DNA of 42,022 nucleotides from contig CP070761.1 of assembly GCA_020348985.1 (NCBI GenBank), positions 2,739,387 to 2,781,408 on the forward strand, given 5' to 3'. The translations under genes and the position numbers were made by a program. This DNA is from Candidatus Thorarchaeota archaeon (GTDB lineage Archaea > Asgardarchaeota > Thorarchaeia > Thorarchaeales > Thorarchaeaceae). Shown here one piece after another: positions 8,684 through 19,204 of this stretch (the first letter of the stretch is position 1; every line of letters starts with the position of its first letter). Under the pieces are notes generated by a model that had not been told where the DNA came from, did no database searches, and worked only from the letters and a program-made list of their open reading frames with translations.

Positions 8684-10612
8684 ATGACTAAACGCCTCTC
8701 CGCTTCAGATTTCTTTCCCTACGACATGCCCAGAAAGGGTCAGGACAGGATGATGGAGCAGATTGAGAAGGCTGTGAGAAACGGGCAGAACATGATAGCA
8801 GAAGCACCAAATGGATTTGGAAAGACCATCACAGCTCTGTGCGGGATTCTGCCTTGGGTCCAAGAAACCTATGGAAAAGTGCTGTATTGTGCAAGAACTC
8901 ACAAGCAACTGGACAGGGTGATTGAGGAACTCGAAAAGATAGCAGAAGGCCGCCCCGTCACCGGTGTATCGTTCCGTGGAAGGCATCACATGTGCCTTAA
9001 CGAATTCGTTCTTGAGAATGCCGGCCTAATTGCACCTATTGGAGAGGTTTGCAGGCAACTAAAGGCTACTCGGAAGTGTGTATACTATGAGTATCTTCGT
9101 AAGGCAGGGACCCCAGAAGATCTATTGGAGGATATGCCGTTCAGAGTAATGACAGCTCCTGACATCATCAAGACAGCTAAGATTCGGAGCTACTGTCCTT
9201 ATGAACTTGCTAAGCAAATAGCGAAAGTAGTTGATGTCGTTGCTTTGTCATATCTGTATGTGTTTGATCCAGACATTCTGGAATCTTTCTTACCTGAATT
9301 GGAGACTCCACTCTCAAAGATGGTTCTTATACAAGATGAGGCTCACAATGTACCTTCTACCGCATTGGACTCTGCAAGCGATTCACTGACTATTGGTACT
9401 GTGCGCCAGGCAGTTCGTGAGTCGGCCACATACAATGATTCTCTGTCACAGACATTTTGTAGAGAGCTTGCAAAGGTGATTCTGGCTAATCTGGAGGGAT
9501 TGCAGGAAAACGATGAGAAAGCCGTTGCTCCCTATGAGATATACGAATCTACGGTCAAAGCTGCCAAACTTGATTCCGAGGACGAACCATTGGCTCACAT
9601 GATTTCCATTGGAGCGAACATTCAGAAAGCTCTTCTGAAAGCAGGAAGATTCCCGCAGTCAGCTATCTTTCGTGTGGCAGAGTTCATGTCAGGGTGGCTC
9701 CAAAGGGCGGACAGGGAAGACTATGCGTTTGTTCTGTCCTCAGTCACAGAACCCGGAAGGAGTAGGAGGGCCTCGATTGATCTTGTTGCACTGGATCCAA
9801 CTAAGGTGACCAAACCAATCTTGAGGAGAATTCATAGTAGCATTGCAATATCAGGGACAATCTCACCACTCGACGCATACTCTGATATGCTGGGATTTCA
9901 GGATGATTTTGTAGGAGAGACATTCGAGAGCCCTTTTGCCCGTAGGAATCGACTTGGAATGATTGTAGAAGGCATAGACACTGCGTACGGCAGTAGGAAT
10001 GAAGCCTTGTTTGAACAGCTTGTTGATCACTGTGTAGCTATAGCTCATGCGACACCTGGGAACACGGGTATTTTCGCAACCAGCTACTTCCTTGCAAAGT
10101 CTCTTGTAAAGGCCGGTCTCGAAAAGAGACTAGACCGTCCTCTGTTTGTTGAGAAGCAGCGTGCAAAAAGTGCAGATAATGACAAGATGGTAGAGGAATT
10201 CAAGGAAATGGGTGCGGGTAGAGGAGCTGTTCTTCTTGGTGTGCAAGGAGGACGAAATTCTGAAGGGGGGGATTTTCCGGGACCCACTATGAATAGTGTG
10301 ATTGTGGTTGGGGTTCCATATGCCAGACCAACCCCACGGACTGAAGCAAGGATTGAATTCTATGACAAGAAGTTCAAGAGCAGAGGCCGAGACTATGCGT
10401 ACGTTCTTCCTGCAATGACCCGAGCTACACAAGCTGCAGGCAGACCGGTGAGAAGACTTGAGGACAAGGGTGCTATCATTCTCCTAGATGAGAGGTTTGC
10501 AACGCCCTATCTTAGAAGATTCATTCCATCATGGCTGAAAGACGTCTTACAAGTCATGCCTAATGATCCCGGGATGATATCACAGCAGGTAGAGAGGTTC
10601 TTCTCAGACTAA
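8684..10612 (+). CDS. xpd: XPD/Rad3 (DinG-family) Fe-S DNA helicase
   Basis: EAPNGFGKT, ARTHKQL, four Fe-S cysteines (HMCLN, VCRQ, KCVY, YCPYE), DEAHN, ISGTISP, SEGGDF, QAAGRPVR. Start placed at ATG 8684. Confidence 0.93.
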   Translation: MTKRLSASDFFPYDMPRKGQDRMMEQIEKAVRNGQNMIAEAPNGFGKTITALCGILPWVQETYGKVLYCARTHKQLDRVIEELEKIAEGRPVTGVSFRGRHHMCLNEFVLENAGLIAPIGEVCRQLKATRKCVYYEYLRKAGTPEDLLEDMPFRVMTAPDIIKTAKIRSYCPYELAKQIAKVVDVVALSYLYVFDPDILESFLPELETPLSKMVLIQDEAHNVPSTALDSASDSLTIGTVRQAVRESATYNDSLSQTFCRELAKVILANLEGLQENDEKAVAPYEIYESTVKAAKLDSEDEPLAHMISIGANIQKALLKAGRFPQSAIFRVAEFMSGWLQRADREDYAFVLSSVTEPGRSRRASIDLVALDPTKVTKPILRRIHSSIAISGTISPLDAYSDMLGFQDDFVGETFESPFARRNRLGMIVEGIDTAYGSRNEALFEQLVDHCVAIAHATPGNTGIFATSYFLAKSLVKAGLEKRLDRPLFVEKQRAKSADNDKMVEEFKEMGAGRGAVLLGVQGGRNSEGGDFPGPTMNSVIVVGVPYARPTPRTEARIEFYDKKFKSRGRDYAYVLPAMTRATQAAGRPVRRLEDKGAIILLDERFATPYLRRFIPSWLKDVLQVMPNDPGMISQQVERFFSD

Positions 10613-11376
10613 TCACGTATCAGAAGAAACTCCTTCAACGACATCTTACCAAGGAGTACCATGCGTGCTTGCTCCTTTGTGGCTTTGTGCTTTCCTTCAG
10701 TGAGCTTCCTCTTCATATGCAGTAGTGTACGAACATGACCTTCCTTAGGATCAATCCGAAAGTCGGCCTCGGTGGGGTTGTGTCCATGCCGTGATGCAAT
10801 AAGAACTGCAGCCATTTGATCGGTTTCCCCCACCACTGTTGTGTTACGCTCGTCAACAAGCTGGACCCTTGTTAAATGAAAGTCAGGAGGAAATGAACGA
10901 AGAAGAAGAACTGTGAAAAGCCGATATCCAGTTCCTATGCGAAAAGAAGTCGTTACTTCAGGGAAGAGCTCCGAGATGTACCGTTCCCATCTGAGTGTGA
11001 GTTCGGTGGCATCATGAGGAGTAGAGAGCGTTCTTGTATTTACCACGTATCCATCAACTACCAATGCTAGGCCGAATCTCATGCCAGGATCAATGCCAAT
11101 TGTTGCACCAACGGGCCGATGAAGTCTGAGCAACTTCATCATTATCTGGATTGTAGCAAGTTCCTCGTCAAAATGTTCACCAAGAATAACCAGACGTTCA
11201 GGGTCAAGTCCTGATATCTCGTCATTGAAGGAGACTATAACAACAGAAGCAGAAAGGACTAGTTTGTTGTCAGGTTCTAGTACTTCAAACTCGAAATTGA
11301 GCGTCTTTAGGAGAGACACAGCGTGATAGAGAGCTTTAGGGTTTCTTGTGGCGACAACTATTGCCGGTCTGACCAT
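10609..11376 (-). CDS. YqgF/RuvX-like RNase H-fold nuclease with N- and C-terminal extensions
   Basis: IGIDPG..FGLA, VDERNTT, DQMAAVLIA. Start placed at ATG 11376 to avoid overlap with the divergent radB. Confidence 0.7.
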   Translation of the reverse strand: MVRPAIVVATRNPKALYHAVSLLKTLNFEFEVLEPDNKLVLSASVVIVSFNDEISGLDPERLVILGEHFDEELATIQIMMKLLRLHRPVGATIGIDPGMRFGLALVVDGYVVNTRTLSTPHDATELTLRWERYISELFPEVTTSFRIGTGYRLFTVLLLRSFPPDFHLTRVQLVDERNTTVVGETDQMAAVLIASRHGHNPTEADFRIDPKEGHVRTLLHMKRKLTEGKHKATKEQARMVLLGKMSLKEFLLIRD

Positions 11377-11400
11377 CCGCTCGTACCTTCTCAGGGTAAG

Positions 11401-11406
11401 TTTATA
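11401..11406. promoter_or_regulatory. Shared TATA box of the divergent YqgF-like and radB genes
   Basis: TTTATA lies about 25 nt from both start codons in a 52-nt intergenic gap. Confidence 0.45.
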
Positions 11407-11428
11407 CCTGTTCCGTAGTGACGTATCG

Positions 11429-12127
11429 ATGGTGAAGGGTGATTTGATTCTTCCGTCCGGTGTATCCTCACTGGACCGCATACTCAACGGTGGTCTGTCC
11501 ACTGGACATTTGACTCACGTATTTGGCAGTGCTTCCGCCGGAAAGACAACCTTGGCTTTGCAGTTTGTTGCAGGTGCATGCCGACTAGGAATTAGAGTTG
11601 CCTACATCAACTCTGAGACAACCTCTCCACTTGAAAGGCTATCACAGATAACAGAGAAAGAATTTACTGAACTTGAGGACACTGTCAGAATCCTATCACC
11701 AAAAACGTTCGAAGAACAAGGCGCTGTGATTAATGATTTGGAACTCTATGCACGTGAGGAAACGCAGCTCATAGTAGTTGACACTCTTACTCGTCTTTAC
11801 CGAACTGTGCTTGAGGACAAGACAGCCAATTACGCAGCACATAGAGAACTAAACATGCAGGCAGGCATTCTGAAAGGACTTGCGAGACAAAAAGACATGG
11901 CGGTCTTGGTTCTGAATCAAGTAAGGGGAAGTCTGGAAGAAACCAAGGGATTTGTGCCAGTCGCTCACAACATCCTCGATTACTGGGCGGACTATGCAAT
12001 CAGGATGACCAGAGGAACTAGAAAGGGAGAACGGCACTTGGAACGACTGTTGCCTGAGGACGGGTTCTCTCAGACAGTTTTCATTACAGAGAGAGGTTTC
12101 TCGCTAACGGAGAAGCCGCAAGAGTAA
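11429..12127 (+). CDS. radB: RadB-like RecA/Rad51 paralog (ATPase core only)
   Basis: LDRILNGG, Walker A GSASAGKTT, Walker B LIVVDTLTRLYR, VLNQVR. No N-terminal HhH domain. Confidence 0.8.
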   Translation: MVKGDLILPSGVSSLDRILNGGLSTGHLTHVFGSASAGKTTLALQFVAGACRLGIRVAYINSETTSPLERLSQITEKEFTELEDTVRILSPKTFEEQGAVINDLELYAREETQLIVVDTLTRLYRTVLEDKTANYAAHRELNMQAGILKGLARQKDMAVLVLNQVRGSLEETKGFVPVAHNILDYWADYAIRMTRGTRKGERHLERLLPEDGFSQTVFITERGFSLTEKPQE

Positions 12128-12150
12128 TACGATGTGAGCTTTCGTTAGGG

Positions 12151-12726
12151 TTGACGTCGATGTATGAGGAAGTTGCGCTAATTGGTCTAGCTCTCTGGAT
12201 TGGACTCCCTGCATGGATAACCAACTCAACACCTGTGATATTTGGTGGGGGAAGACCGATTGATGGCGGCCGATTTCTTCGGGATGGGCACCGGATTTTA
12301 GGAGATGGAAAGACCATTCGCGGATTCATAGCTGGAGTAGTCTGTGGGACGCTAACAGCCTTAGCTCAGTACCTTGCTGCGCCATTCGTTAGGATTGAGA
12401 TGGAAAACTATATTGTCGTTACTCCTGAAATGGATGTGATTCTTTTCATGGGGGTCTTGGCAGGATTCATGCTCTCCCTTGGGACACTAGTTGGCGACCT
12501 TGTGGGATCATTTGTGAAGAGAAGAGCGAATCTCAAGAGCGGGGCGCCGTCGCCAGTGTTAGATCAATTGGGATTCATTATCATGGCACTCATCTTCGCG
12601 GCCCCGTTTTTTGCGCCTTCACCCAGTTACCCTGCGGTTGCGGTGCTCTTCGTGATGACTTTTCTTGTGCACTACATCAGTAATGTCGGAGGATATTTGC
12701 TGGGTGTAAAGGAACACCCTTGGTAG
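12151..12726 (+). CDS. carS: CDP-archaeol synthase (DUF46)
   Basis: NSTPVIFGGGRPIDGG, ILGDGKTIRGF, GDLVGSFVKRR, LDQLGF, terminal GVKEHPW. Confidence 0.93.
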   Translation: MTSMYEEVALIGLALWIGLPAWITNSTPVIFGGGRPIDGGRFLRDGHRILGDGKTIRGFIAGVVCGTLTALAQYLAAPFVRIEMENYIVVTPEMDVILFMGVLAGFMLSLGTLVGDLVGSFVKRRANLKSGAPSPVLDQLGFIIMALIFAAPFFAPSPSYPAVAVLFVMTFLVHYISNVGGYLLGVKEHPW

Positions 12727-12879
12727 CGGCCGAGAACCATTCGAGGAGTATTGTTGGCCTCTCATGATGACAAACCTTCACTCCCGTTCGAAGAAAACCA
12801 TAAAAGGCAACTAAATGCCATAATCTTGTTCTGACAATATTGCTGGACAGCTGATGTTCGGCAGGAATACTGAGTATCG

Positions 12880-13737
12880 ATGAAAGTCTCAGAGTGCATG
12901 CAATCTGATGTGATCCATGTTGTTGTCCCAGGGACAAGAGAAGATGTTCTGCATCTCATGGCTGAGCAGCAAATCAATGGAGTTCCCGTCTGCAAGAAAG
13001 GAACAAAGACGCTTGTAGGTATGATTACGAGAAGTGACCTCTTACGCAAACCAGATGAGAATCAGATAGGCATGCTAATGGTCCGAGATCCTGTCACAGT
13101 CACTCCCAGAACGGAGGTAAAGACCGCTGCGAAGACTATCATGGAGAAAGGATTCCGGAGACTGCCCGTCGTTGACAAGGACAACCTAGTTGGTCTTGTA
13201 TCCATTCCTGATATTCTAGGTGCTGTACTCGAGAATGATGATAAATCACAAAAAGCTAGCATCATGCCTTATGTCAATAAGCAGATAGTCGCGGTCTGGT
13301 CAGAGACCCCTCTTCCTCTGTCCTATATGATAATGGAGATGGCGGGGAAGACATCACTTGTTGTTCTTAATGATGGCGGCGGAATAGCAGGAATGATCTC
13401 TGTCAGCGACTACCTTCGATTGTCAGAAGTGCAGATTGAGGACAACATTTCTAAGACTTACAGTGGAGAAGAGAGTGCCGTTGAGTGGGGCTGGACCTCC
13501 AAAGACTTCTTGGTTGTGACGAAGAAGCTGCTGCAGTTACCGCAAGTCCCGGTCAAGGATGTCATGACAAAGAACTTGATCAACGTGAGCGAAGTCATGT
13601 CAGTTGCGGATTGTGTGAGAATTCTGAGGAAGAATGATATCGACCAAGCCCCCGTTGTTTCAGCCTCAGGCAGCTTGATAGGAATGATTGAGGACAAAGA
13701 CCTCTTGAAGTTGGCCTTCGAATCTCTGGACAGTTAG
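12880..13737 (+). CDS. Tandem CBS-domain protein (4 CBS)
   Basis: Repeated CBS motifs (GVPV..LVGMITRSDLL, RRLPVVD..LVGLVSIPDIL, QAPVV..LIGMIEDKDLL). Confidence 0.88.
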   Translation: MKVSECMQSDVIHVVVPGTREDVLHLMAEQQINGVPVCKKGTKTLVGMITRSDLLRKPDENQIGMLMVRDPVTVTPRTEVKTAAKTIMEKGFRRLPVVDKDNLVGLVSIPDILGAVLENDDKSQKASIMPYVNKQIVAVWSETPLPLSYMIMEMAGKTSLVVLNDGGGIAGMISVSDYLRLSEVQIEDNISKTYSGEESAVEWGWTSKDFLVVTKKLLQLPQVPVKDVMTKNLINVSEVMSVADCVRILRKNDIDQAPVVSASGSLIGMIEDKDLLKLAFESLDS

Positions 13738-16700
13738 ATGAAGTCCGTCAGCTGTGTTTGCTCTGTATAGAAAAGTGAATCAAGGGCAGAATGGACAAGC
13801 TTCAAACGTTCTTGGAGATAGTCTCCAAGACCGTGTTCCGCAATGAGCTTTTCAGCAACACGCAGATATTTTGAGATATTTCTCTTACGAACCGTTAATG
13901 AAAGATCTGAACCGCACACACAAGCTCCTGACAGTGGAACTCTTCTATACACTCGATGACATTTGCGACATTGAATCTTCTGCGTCGAATATGCTCTCAG
14001 ATTCCCCCTGATGTCTCTGATGAAGTGATGGGAGAGGACTCTCTCAGCTACATCCTTGGAATCTACTGCATCGATTAGGATTGCAAGATCAAGCTGAGCA
14101 TTAAGCTTCTCTTCCATTGAGCCCAGAGTCTTGTACCTCGAATTCTGTGGACCAGCATCAAATGCTGAAGTTCCATGTGTAAAACCAAACCCCTCGTACT
14201 GTGCCTCTGTTCCCAGTCTTGATGCTATGATGTCAACAAGACCTTCAACCGCCTTTGGATGCTTGGCATCGGCGACCATCTCAAAGAACTGAGCAGGATA
14301 TCTATGGCATACCTCGATATTATGAGCCTCATCATCCACTTCGGACGGGTTTAGAATGACTGAAAGAACAAGAGGCGCATCCATAAAGCCTCCTCGTCCT
14401 GCCGGCAAATACTCCTTAGAGAAGTTGAGCAGGGCATCAAGCACCAAGATTAATGCGTCTTCGTCTCCGTCGCAGTTTCTGCGTTTTGCAGCGTGCCAGT
14501 AGGGGTGTGCGTAGCATATACTCGCATTAGTGAAACCCACGATTCTGCCCACGATGCCTGCTGAGGTATGTGGTGCCAATCCAACTATCAGTTGGCCGAG
14601 AATGTCATCGATAGTGTCAAACCTGTAGTATCTCTCCAAATGGTAGATCTTCTCTAGACAATCGTCCACAAATCTTCCGACTCTTACAAGATAGTCGGCA
14701 CAATTGTCGGGTATAATGATGTCCTGAACCTTGAGTTCAATAACCTGAGTAGGACTTGTAAGGGGCTCACCTAGATAGTCAGAGTGGTAACCCAGCTCTC
14801 TCAGCCGCTTTATCGAAACACCAACTTCTTCGGGTATGAAGTGTGTCAAAGGAGCGTCTGTGATATCAAACCGTGCTGTGCCATCACGATAGCAGTAGAC
14901 ACCATGTTTAGCACGAAGAATTCCCTTCCCCAGGTATTCTGGGATCTTCATATCACTGGTGAGCCCAAGGACGCCACGTGGATTATACGTCTGTGGTTCG
15001 TCCACTTCTGACTTCACTCGAGCAAGGATCTCTTGAAGATTCACAAAAACTTCCCTTGTAGCTCGAATCTGGTTGACATCGTGGCTTCTTGGACACATTC
15101 CTGAGTCCTCGTCAATGGGAAGACCACAGTCCTCTTGAGCGCACCATCTTAGAACTTCTGTGTGTGCGTCACATTGTGGACATCTGGACTCAAATGTGGA
15201 GTATCCGCATCCCGGACATTGTCTGGAGACCATTTCAAGCGTAGTTCCGTTTGATACCAATTGCAGCTGTTGCTCCACAAGATCGATATCAAACCCTTCT
15301 AGGGACGTTGTACTATCGATACTTTTGGCGACTGTGTCAATACGCCGTTCACTACCCTTGGTTCTACCGACTGGGAAGAGAACCTGCACCGGAGGCCGCA
15401 TCTTACGTTCTTCAGCTTTCTCAGGCCGACCCATTCTAGCACCAATGGAGAAACCGAGTTTGTCCATCAGCTCTACTTTGGAAACAGAGTTGATGACAGC
15501 GAGTGTGTCTGTCTTCGACTTTGAATTGTCGAGTTTCTTGTCACCTATCTGCGTAAGCATTGTTGTTGGACTATCAGTGAGAAGAACTTGCTTTCTGCTC
15601 TTACTCAACGAATAGGTGACACCAATACGCTGCAATAATGGTACGAACTTAGCGTTGGCAGGCAGGAGCAAGACCTTCTCGCCCTTAATATCACGTATCC
15701 TGTGGTTCTTGAGAATCCAGTCTCTTAGCTTGATAGCCTCGTTTACAGTGATTGCATTCCAGCGGTACAGGTATCGTGGATGAAGGGGTACTTTCAAGCT
15801 CTTTGAAAGTCCAACAGCTTGCTCAGGGGTTGGTATGTTTGTTAGGGGCAAGTTGATGAAGGCATTCAGGTCTTCCGTCGAGACTCCTGCACGATTTAGC
15901 CTTCTCCCGAGCTTGTCCTCACTGAGAAGACTACATCTGTAGTCTAAGTCATGGGACCACCACTCCTCACAGTAACCAGATGGAACCAGAGGGTGATTGT
16001 TCTCAAGGAATTCTCCAAGGGCAACGAGCACGTCGCCGAGGTAAATGATTCTCTCGACTTTCCCCAATACTTCTTTGGCGTCTTCAGCTGTAAAGAGCTG
16101 TTTCACCGATCCATCATTGAGAAGAACAATCGGACCTTCGATGGTGTCCACTGGTGTCACTATGGAACCTTTCCCCGGGCGCTCGGTTCGAATATGAGTT
16201 CCGGGCGCCAAGAATCCTTCAACGACATGCATGGTGGCTGGATGCACTCCAACTCCTGCAAGACCAGTGTTTCGAGAACGTCCGTATCGTAGCCTGAATC
16301 CTCCTGATCGAGAAGGATGAGAGAAGACTGGTCTCCCTCCTATCACATCGGCCAAGTATTCTGATTTGGGATCGAGTTTCTTTGCAGCCTCGTCCTCTTC
16401 TGACAATTCGGATTTTGATGTCCTTTTGGCAAGATCGTCGAGCCACTCCCAGCCGGATATCTTCGCTTTCTCGACTATCTTGGATAACTTCGTAGCCCGT
16501 CCCACCACACCATCATTGAGTACAAGAACCGCTCCACCGCGTACTCGGTTTGTCTCGATACGATCTATGTCACGGCTGCCTGACACTTCGAACTCTTCTG
16601 TTGGATCACCTGTCAGCATGATTGGCAGTTTCGAAGCAGCCAGTTTCACAAGCTCCGGCTCCACCGGATATTGAAGGTGAACTGCTCGAGCGTATAGCTC

Positions 16701-17282
16701 AACCTCCTCAAGTGCACGCTCCACTTCCTCTTCGGTGGCCACGAAGGCTGGGAGATCGAGGACTTGCCTGACATAATCTGCTACCAGAACGGTCATTGCT
16801 GCTTCGGTACCACCGGCTGCACGAATAGGACCAGCAAGGTATATTGCCAGATACCTTTCTGGACCAGAACCTCTAATCCGGACTCTCGCAATGCCCTCCA
16901 ATGGAGCCGCCGTTATACTCTCTGTGAGCACCGCCAGTGCGACTCTTACAGCCTTGTCTGCAGCCTTCTCGGGGTCAGTGATGTTGCCTAGTTGACCGCT
17001 GGCAATTTCTTCAGCAATCTTGAATGCGACTTCTTCTCTGGACATTCCTTGCTGGAGCTCGCGAATTCTCTTGGCAACCCCTTTGGGTCCTTCAAGAGTT
17101 GCTTCTACCCGCCCGGCTACATCATGTGCCGGAGGAATCTCCACTCTGGTTGTAGGATCTACCCCTGTTAGTCGTGCCTGTTCAGCGAGTGCATATATCC
17201 TGTGAATCTCTTCGTTGATTTCTTCAAAGTAGGCATCGTAGTGTATACTGTGCTCAGGAAGGGTCAGATCTGATTCTTTCAC
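13734..17282 (-). CDS. polC: DNA polymerase D large subunit DP2, intein-free, with C-terminal PIP box
   Basis: AGPIRAAGGT, GGFRLRYGRSRNTG, RMGRPEKA, LAPHTSAG, HAAKRRNCDGDED (uninterrupted intein site), zinc fingers, and terminal QTQLTDFI. GTG start. Confidence 0.97.
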   Translation of the reverse strand: MKESDLTLPEHSIHYDAYFEEINEEIHRIYALAEQARLTGVDPTTRVEIPPAHDVAGRVEATLEGPKGVAKRIRELQQGMSREEVAFKIAEEIASGQLGNITDPEKAADKAVRVALAVLTESITAAPLEGIARVRIRGSGPERYLAIYLAGPIRAAGGTEAAMTVLVADYVRQVLDLPAFVATEEEVERALEEVELYARAVHLQYPVEPELVKLAASKLPIMLTGDPTEEFEVSGSRDIDRIETNRVRGGAVLVLNDGVVGRATKLSKIVEKAKISGWEWLDDLAKRTSKSELSEEDEAAKKLDPKSEYLADVIGGRPVFSHPSRSGGFRLRYGRSRNTGLAGVGVHPATMHVVEGFLAPGTHIRTERPGKGSIVTPVDTIEGPIVLLNDGSVKQLFTAEDAKEVLGKVERIIYLGDVLVALGEFLENNHPLVPSGYCEEWWSHDLDYRCSLLSEDKLGRRLNRAGVSTEDLNAFINLPLTNIPTPEQAVGLSKSLKVPLHPRYLYRWNAITVNEAIKLRDWILKNHRIRDIKGEKVLLLPANAKFVPLLQRIGVTYSLSKSRKQVLLTDSPTTMLTQIGDKKLDNSKSKTDTLAVINSVSKVELMDKLGFSIGARMGRPEKAEERKMRPPVQVLFPVGRTKGSERRIDTVAKSIDSTTSLEGFDIDLVEQQLQLVSNGTTLEMVSRQCPGCGYSTFESRCPQCDAHTEVLRWCAQEDCGLPIDEDSGMCPRSHDVNQIRATREVFVNLQEILARVKSEVDEPQTYNPRGVLGLTSDMKIPEYLGKGILRAKHGVYCYRDGTARFDITDAPLTHFIPEEVGVSIKRLRELGYHSDYLGEPLTSPTQVIELKVQDIIIPDNCADYLVRVGRFVDDCLEKIYHLERYYRFDTIDDILGQLIVGLAPHTSAGIVGRIVGFTNASICYAHPYWHAAKRRNCDGDEDALILVLDALLNFSKEYLPAGRGGFMDAPLVLSVILNPSEVDDEAHNIEVCHRYPAQFFEMVADAKHPKAVEGLVDIIASRLGTEAQYEGFGFTHGTSAFDAGPQNSRYKTLGSMEEKLNAQLDLAILIDAVDSKDVAERVLSHHFIRDIRGNLRAYSTQKIQCRKCHRVYRRVPLSGACVCGSDLSLTVRKRNISKYLRVAEKLIAEHGLGDYLQERLKLVHSALDSLFYTEQTQLTDFI

Positions 17283-17422
17283 TTGCTGTCAATTGGATGC
17301 TCACATCAACCATAATTTGCCTTTCGGCCCGACACAAGTGAATATGACTCGGTGAGTACGAGTAGGGAGCTTTATAGGTTTCAGCAGGAATCTCAGGTTG
17401 AATCACCTGCTCATCCGCCGGG

Positions 17423-19204
17423 ATGGTATCAAACATGCTCACACTTGAAGAAACTATAGAGCAAATTCTGAAACATTTGCCGCATTATGACAAGAAAGAC
17501 ATCCTAAAGATGATTGAAGAGAAGCGTCAAGAGCTCGGTCCTGATGTTATCAATGAGGAATCGGCTGCAATGATTGTTGCACGTGAACTCGGCGTGGATC
17601 TGCTGCAGGATTCACCAAGAGCGCGCTTTACAATCGAGGACATAACTGAGGGGTCCAGAAGTGTAACACTGACAGCGAAGGTAGTCAACGTGGGAACTGT
17701 TCGTACCTTCTCTCGGCGTGATGGCAACAATGGAATGGTGACGAGCATTGTAATAGCTGACAGTACGGGAAAGATACGAGTAGCATTGTGGGATGAGATC
17801 ACCCGAGCGGTTTCTGAAGGTCACGTTACTGTTGGAAGTGTGGTTCAGATTCGAGGCGCTTATGCAAAGAAGGGGTTGAGAGATTCTCTCGAACTGAATC
17901 TGGGGAGACTAGGTGGAATTAGAGTCTTGGAGGACTATGAAACTGAAGACCTTGATATTGAAGTGGTCGATTCTGAGGTTTCCAAACTAGGAGAACTCGA
18001 AGATGGCATGTATGATTTGACCATCCTTGCAAGAGTAACACGGGTCTTTGAGCTTTCAACATTCACCCGCAAGAGCGACGACACGGAAGGCAAAGTGCTG
18101 AGTCTAATTGGAGCTGATGAAACGGGGTCAAGAAGGATTGTCTTCTGGGACAAGCATGCTGAAGACATGGAAAATGTGGAAGAAGGAGAGGTCATTCAGA
18201 TTACAGGGGCATATACTAGGGCTTCCAGAACGGATGATGTGGAAATCCATTCGAGCAGGTCCTCTACAATAGAAAGAGGAATCAAAGGAAAACTGGAATC
18301 GGTCGAAGCTAGTCCGGCTGCAAAGACATCTGAACCACTGGGAAGGAAGACTATTTCTGAATTGACACCGGACATGCGGAATGTGGATGTTGAGGGAAAG
18401 GTCACCAGAATATTCCCCCCAAATGAGTGGGAAAAGGACGGTAGAGAGGGAAAAGTACAGAATGTAGTCATTGTTGATGAGTCTGGCTTGGAGCTGCGAG
18501 TGACATTTTGGAATGAAACGGTTGAGCTGATAACAGACCTCAAGGACAGTGATGTCATAAGAGTGAAACATGGTTATGTACGCGAACGTGAAGGCAGGAT
18601 TGAGCTTCAGGTAGGCAGATTGGGACAAGTGGAGATAAACCCTGGAGACTCTCCACTTGATCAGTTAGAACTTCCTGAGTCCCCTCAGCAGACATTTGTG
18701 GCTCCTGATAGAGTTCCAATCGGAACCATAACAGAAGAGAGTGAAGGGAACACGATAGAAGTGGCCGGTATTGTCGTCGGTATATCTCAGACTTCTCCTG
18801 TATATGCAGCTTGTCCGAGCTGTAGGAAGAAGGCAGTGGAAGACAACGGGCAGTATGATTGCAGGACATGTGGGAAAGTCGAGAAACCTGACTACCGAAT
18901 GGCTTACAAAATCACTTTAGATGATGGCTCGAGTTCAATTAAGGTCACCCTGTTCGGGAGACCAGGAGAGAAACTGATGCAGATGACCGCTCAAGAAGCC
19001 CAGAAGCTCATTCAGGAAACGAAAGAAGAGAAGGAACCCATACGTGTCAGTCAGGACAAAATCCTTGGCAAGTACATCACAGTCCAAGGACGCGTGAACA
19101 AATTCAGAGATGCTATTGAAGTAACAGCCAGCAGACTAGAATTCACAGATCCCATTGAAGAAGTGAAGAAGCTCAGAGAAGAGGTCGAGGACCTGATGGA
19201 CTAG
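17423..19204 (+). CDS. rpa: Replication protein A large subunit (multiple OB folds plus zinc-finger OB fold)
   Basis: Three repeats of the D.TG..R..(L/F)W OB motif, then CPSC...CRTC and LDDGS. The start may be ATG 17435. Confidence 0.9.
   Translation: MVSNMLTLEETIEQILKHLPHYDKKDILKMIEEKRQELGPDVINEESAAMIVARELGVDLLQDSPRARFTIEDITEGSRSVTLTAKVVNVGTVRTFSRRDGNNGMVTSIVIADSTGKIRVALWDEITRAVSEGHVTVGSVVQIRGAYAKKGLRDSLELNLGRLGGIRVLEDYETEDLDIEVVDSEVSKLGELEDGMYDLTILARVTRVFELSTFTRKSDDTEGKVLSLIGADETGSRRIVFWDKHAEDMENVEEGEVIQITGAYTRASRTDDVEIHSSRSSTIERGIKGKLESVEASPAAKTSEPLGRKTISELTPDMRNVDVEGKVTRIFPPNEWEKDGREGKVQNVVIVDESGLELRVTFWNETVELITDLKDSDVIRVKHGYVREREGRIELQVGRLGQVEINPGDSPLDQLELPESPQQTFVAPDRVPIGTITEESEGNTIEVAGIVVGISQTSPVYAACPSCRKKAVEDNGQYDCRTCGKVEKPDYRMAYKITLDDGSSSIKVTLFGRPGEKLMQMTAQEAQKLIQETKEEKEPIRVSQDKILGKYITVQGRVNKFRDAIEVTASRLEFTDPIEEVKKLREEVEDLMD

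Noticed and set aside
12764-12834. Possible box C/D sRNA (ATGATGA ... CTGA) between carS and the CBS gene
   Set aside because: No convincing C'/D' boxes, terminal stem or identifiable guide target; the span also contains the likely CBS-gene promoter.
14440-14500. Intein at the usual DP2 insertion site
   Set aside because: HAAKRRNCDGDED is uninterrupted and the protein length is normal.
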